Shown here: one piece after another, positions 60,811 to 64,000 of the stretch
How positions within the stretch are numbered: position 1 is the first letter of the stretch
Layout: each line of letters begins with the position of its first letter
NCBI GenBank assembly: GCA_964291395.2
Contig: OZ219856.1
Span: 1,216,001 to 1,280,000, forward strand
DNA from: Alphaproteobacteria bacterium
GTDB lineage: Bacteria > Pseudomonadota > Alphaproteobacteria > UBA2966
DNA length: 64,000 bases
Reading direction: 5' to 3'
The notes under the pieces: model-generated
Databases searched by the model: none
The model's input: the letters and a program-made list of their open reading frames with translations, nothing else
What the model was told of the DNA's origin: nothing
Translations under genes and position numbers: made by a program

Positions 60811-61227
60811 ATGATCAGCAAAGTTCTCTCTACGATTGGGATTGCTTTTGTTGCCTCCTTGTTGCTGGTCGGTTGCGACGAGGCGGCACAGGAGGCCAGT
60901 AAGCCTGAGCCGGCGAAACAGGAAGAGAAGTCCGCCGCATCCGGATCGTCCTCGCAGCAACCCGTCAAGATGGGCGGGTCGATGAAGGACGAATCCGAGT
61001 TGACCGAGGAGGAGAAGAAGCGGCTCGAAATGGCCGACAAGCTCCACAAGGCCACGGACTGCGGCGGATTTGATCAGACTTGCACCCACAAGCAGGAAGT
61101 CAATCTCTACGCCATCAAGGACGAGAAGGCCGAAAAGGCTGGAACCGCAACGCTGACGCGGACCAACGATGGCCGGCAGCCTGGCGGCGGCTTGTGGTCG
61201 AAGCTCAAGAAGAAGGAAGCTGAGTAG
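60811..61227 (+). CDS. Hypothetical lipoprotein
   Basis: GAGGAG SD, lipobox LLVGC, low-complexity linker, CGGFDQTC. Confidence 0.7.
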   Translation: MISKVLSTIGIAFVASLLLVGCDEAAQEASKPEPAKQEEKSAASGSSSQQPVKMGGSMKDESELTEEEKKRLEMADKLHKATDCGGFDQTCTHKQEVNLYAIKDEKAEKAGTATLTRTNDGRQPGGGLWSKLKKKEAE

Positions 61228-61271
61228 CCGGTCGGCGCGCGAGCGTTCTCGTAGAACGACCTAACTCTTTG

Positions 61272-61302
61272 GGAGCGGTTCCAGTTCGGCTGGAACCGCT
61301 CC
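61272..61302. repeat. Perfect palindromic REP-like element
   Basis: GGAGCGGTTCCAG-TTCGG-CTGGAACCGCTCC, 13-bp stem. Confidence 0.65.
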
Positions 61303-61427
61303 AACATTCTTTAGCCGCTATGGCGTGAACCTCTGGTCTGCGTCAAGGGAACGGATCGTCAAACCCGGACATCTGAACAATGTGGGGTCTGGTGGGGACT
61401 CCCACTCCTGTTCCGAAGGACTCCGAC

Positions 61428-62321
61428 TCAACCCAGCGCCTGGTTCAGCAATTCGGGGATCTCTCCCAAGCGATGAGCGATGTGCGCTCCCGCCTCGGCT
61501 AGGAGCTTCTGCTTCGCCGACGCCGAGTCGTCCTCGGTGCGAATCATGGCCGCGACGTGACCGAAGCTCAGGCCTTTCGGGTGACTCTCTTGAAAGACGC
61601 CGGCGATCAGCGCGACCACCGGCTTGTTGATCTCGCCGTCACGCATGGCCCGGGCCAAGCCTTGCTCCAGTTCGGAGCCGGGCTCGCCGTAAAACAGCAT
61701 GGCGTCGGTGTCGGGATCGGCCTCGAACTGTCTGGCGTACTCGGACATGTCGTTGCCGATGATGGGATCGCCGCCCATCGAGACGCAGGTAGAGACGCCG
61801 TAGCCACCCGCTGCCAACGCCGCGCTCAGTTCCGCCGACATGCCCCCGGAACGGGAGCACACGCCGACCCGCCCCGGCACATAGAGTTCATCGGCTCGAT
61901 CTCCGCCGATACCGCCGAGCTTGCTCTTGCCCGGCGAGATCATGCCGTTGGTGTTGAACCCGATCAGCCAAGTGCCGGCCGCACGGGTCGTGGCAACAGC
62001 GATCGCGGCATCGTGCCGGGGCACATTCTCCGTAAGCGCGACGATGACCTCGATTCCCGCGTCGACCGCCTCCAACACGGCATCCTTGATGCCTGCGGCC
62101 GGAACGTAGATCACCGATGCCGTCGCGCCGGATGCCGCAACCCCGGCTTCTACGGTGTTGTAGACGGGAACGCCCTCGACGTCCTGCCCGCCCCGGCCGG
62201 GCGTGACCCCCGCGACGATGTTGGTGCCGTAGGCCAGGCAGTACCGGGTATCGAAGCGGCCCTGGGACCCCGTGATGCCTTGGACGAGGACGCGCGTCGA
62301 TTCGTCGATCAGGACGCTCAT
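61428..62321 (-). CDS. Succinyl/citryl-CoA synthetase alpha-like subunit
   Basis: VQGITGSQG, VAGVTPG, SRSGG, GGDPI, phospho-His SFGHVAA. Confidence 0.85.
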   Translation of the reverse strand: MSVLIDESTRVLVQGITGSQGRFDTRYCLAYGTNIVAGVTPGRGGQDVEGVPVYNTVEAGVAASGATASVIYVPAAGIKDAVLEAVDAGIEVIVALTENVPRHDAAIAVATTRAAGTWLIGFNTNGMISPGKSKLGGIGGDRADELYVPGRVGVCSRSGGMSAELSAALAAGGYGVSTCVSMGGDPIIGNDMSEYARQFEADPDTDAMLFYGEPGSELEQGLARAMRDGEINKPVVALIAGVFQESHPKGLSFGHVAAMIRTEDDSASAKQKLLAEAGAHIAHRLGEIPELLNQALG

Positions 62322-63526
62322 GCCGCGCCCTCGCGGCTGACCGCTTCGTTCGTGAGATCGACGATGAGCTTGACGGCGTCGTCGAGCGAGGCCTTGGGAG
62401 GCAGATAGCGCACGCCGGGAAATGCCTCGACCATGGCACGCGCCTCGTCCTCGCCAGGGCCGAATACGCGGACCACGACGGGGAAAGTTCGGGCATCGAT
62501 CTCATGCTGGCGGAGGGCCTCGCATAACGCATTCACGAGGACGTTGCAGGGCAGGAGCTGAAGATAATTGAAGCTCAGCAAGAGGCCCTTGGTATTCGGG
62601 TTCTCGAGGATGGCATTGAGCACGGCGAGCGGCTTGTCGATGGATGGCGCGGGACTGAAATCCGTATGGTTTGCCAACTTGCCGCCGAAGTCGACGACCA
62701 TGTCATGCTGCAGAAGGCTGGCCCCGCCACCGCCCATGAGGACGCCGATGTTGCCGTCGAGTTCGGCATAGCGAAGGGCGCCGCCCGGCAGCGTTTCGTT
62801 GGCGCGCATCACGGCGAGCTCGCGCTCGTTCAGCATCCGTCCCTCGGCACCGAAACCGAGGCCCTCACCGGCCCAGTCGCGGTGGCGGAAGACCGCGTTG
62901 TCGTCGATCTCCATCATGGCGCCGACGAGGCCGAGATGGCCGTCCCCATCCACGGCGATGGGATTGCACTCGATCATGATGGCGTCGGCGTCGCGAAAGG
63001 CCTTGTAGAGTTGGGATGTGAGCCGGCCGAGGCGGGCGAGCACCGGTCCCTCGACGCCCGCCTGTTCCCACAAGCTGATGGCATCCCACGGCCGCAATTC
63101 CGTGAGGGGATCGACGTCCGCCGTCACGACGGCATCCGGGTCCCGCCCAAAGGTCTGCTCGATCTCCACGCCGCCGTGACGGCTGATGACGACCTTGGGC
63201 GCCCGTGCCCCGAAGGCGAAACTCAGGTAGTACTCGGCATCGATGGGGAATTTCGCCTCGACGTAAACGCCTTTTACCGGATACCCGTTGATGGTTTGGC
63301 CGATCAGGGTGTTTGCCGCCTCTGCAGCCTCTTCGGGCGTATCGACGAGATGAACGGCACCGGCCTTGCCGCGCCTTCCGGTCGGGACGATCGCCTTCAC
63401 GGCGACGCCGCCCAGACGTTCCGCGATGACCGACGCTTCGGACGGGTTCGCCGCGGCACTGCCTTCCGGAACGGGGAACCTATTCTCCCGAAGCCAGGCT
63501 TTGACCTTTTCCTCGGTTAGCCGCAT
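62318..63526 (-). CDS. Succinyl/citryl-CoA synthetase beta-like ATP-grasp subunit
   Basis: VKA...GRRGKAGAV, GGVEIE, IECNPI, DDNAVFRH, GNIGVLMGGGGAS. Confidence 0.85.
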   Translation of the reverse strand: MRLTEEKVKAWLRENRFPVPEGSAAANPSEASVIAERLGGVAVKAIVPTGRRGKAGAVHLVDTPEEAAEAANTLIGQTINGYPVKGVYVEAKFPIDAEYYLSFAFGARAPKVVISRHGGVEIEQTFGRDPDAVVTADVDPLTELRPWDAISLWEQAGVEGPVLARLGRLTSQLYKAFRDADAIMIECNPIAVDGDGHLGLVGAMMEIDDNAVFRHRDWAGEGLGFGAEGRMLNERELAVMRANETLPGGALRYAELDGNIGVLMGGGGASLLQHDMVVDFGGKLANHTDFSPAPSIDKPLAVLNAILENPNTKGLLLSFNYLQLLPCNVLVNALCEALRQHEIDARTFPVVVRVFGPGEDEARAMVEAFPGVRYLPPKASLDDAVKLIVDLTNEAVSREGAA

Positions 63527-63565
63527 CGGCGGACTCGCTTGCCTATCGTGCGTGGTATCGGACGT

Positions 63566-64000
63566 TCAAATCCGGTATGTCCGCGCCGCGTTGTCGTAGA
63601 ACAGTTTCCGCTTCTCCGATTCGGAGAAATCTTCCACGACCAACTTGAACGCGTCGAACAACGTATCGTAGTCGCTCATGACGCTGTCGACAGGGAAGTT
63701 CGACGCAAACATGCAACGGTCGACGCCAAAAATCTCGATACCGTCGAGGATGAACGTCCGGATGCTGTCCACCGACCAATAGAAATCGGTCATGCCCAGT
63801 CCGGACAGTTTGAGTGAGATGTTCGGACATTTCGCCAACAGGCGCATATTCGCCCGCCAAGCCTCGATGCCGGCATAGTGCCGCTCGAGCGGGAAAGCCA
63901 GATGCACCAGGATGACGGGGATATCCGGATAACGGTTGGTGAGGCGAACCGTGTCTTCCGCCTGGTGGGCGCAGATCTGATGGTCGAAGGACAGATCGTG
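63566..64000 (-). CDS. Amidohydrolase_2 / lactonase-like protein (5' end outside window)
   Basis: Frame open to the window edge: LSFDHQI, YPDIPVILVH, PNISLKLSG, DRCMFASNFPVD, NAARTY. Confidence 0.85.
   Translation of the reverse strand, partial: HDLSFDHQICAHQAEDTVRLTNRYPDIPVILVHLAFPLERHYAGIEAWRANMRLLAKCPNISLKLSGLGMTDFYWSVDSIRTFILDGIEIFGVDRCMFASNFPVDSVMSDYDTLFDAFKLVVEDFSESEKRKLFYDNAARTYRI

Noticed and set aside
1-64000. tRNA, rRNA, CRISPR array, transposase, prophage or cobalamin riboswitch
   Set aside because: None recognised by eye on either strand. A tRNAscan or Rfam run would be needed to exclude them formally.

Overview
High-GC alphaproteobacterial chromosomal segment (Rhodospirillales-like by gene content and order; this is an inference). 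The left ~36 kb is mostly conserved backbone: aspS (partial), nrdJ, NDUFA12, DUF2155, aat, accC-accB-aroQ, fused thiS-thiG, dsbA, an M48 protease, a GGT, an aminotransferase, rne, amiC, mrcA, prfB with its programmed frameshift, and phoR-pstSCAB-phoU-phoB with a Pho box. Accessory DNA interrupts it at 5.8-8.8 kb. That stretch holds a transposase-less cassette bounded by 50-bp inverted repeats that carries a frameshifted Cache gene, a higBA pair whose antitoxin has a 23-bp insertion, and a frameshifted methyltransferase. The right ~28 kb is catabolic and transport genes: a His-rich TPR protein, Rieske oxygenase, orphan solute-binding proteins, split ADP-forming acyl-CoA ligase, Ser/Cys proline-racemase-family enzyme, amidohydrolases, an acyl-CoA carboxylase set with a second carboxyltransferase, sbmA/bacA, a scrambled TRAP system, a sphingosine-1-phosphate-lyase-like enzyme and divergent SucCD-like genes. 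The best non-coding signals are a six-unit, ~32-bp-period NrdR-box array, a candidate anti-SD small RNA behind nrdJ and an unannotated 41-aa ORF. I found no tRNA, rRNA, CRISPR array or transposase. All family calls come from motif recognition, not database searches.
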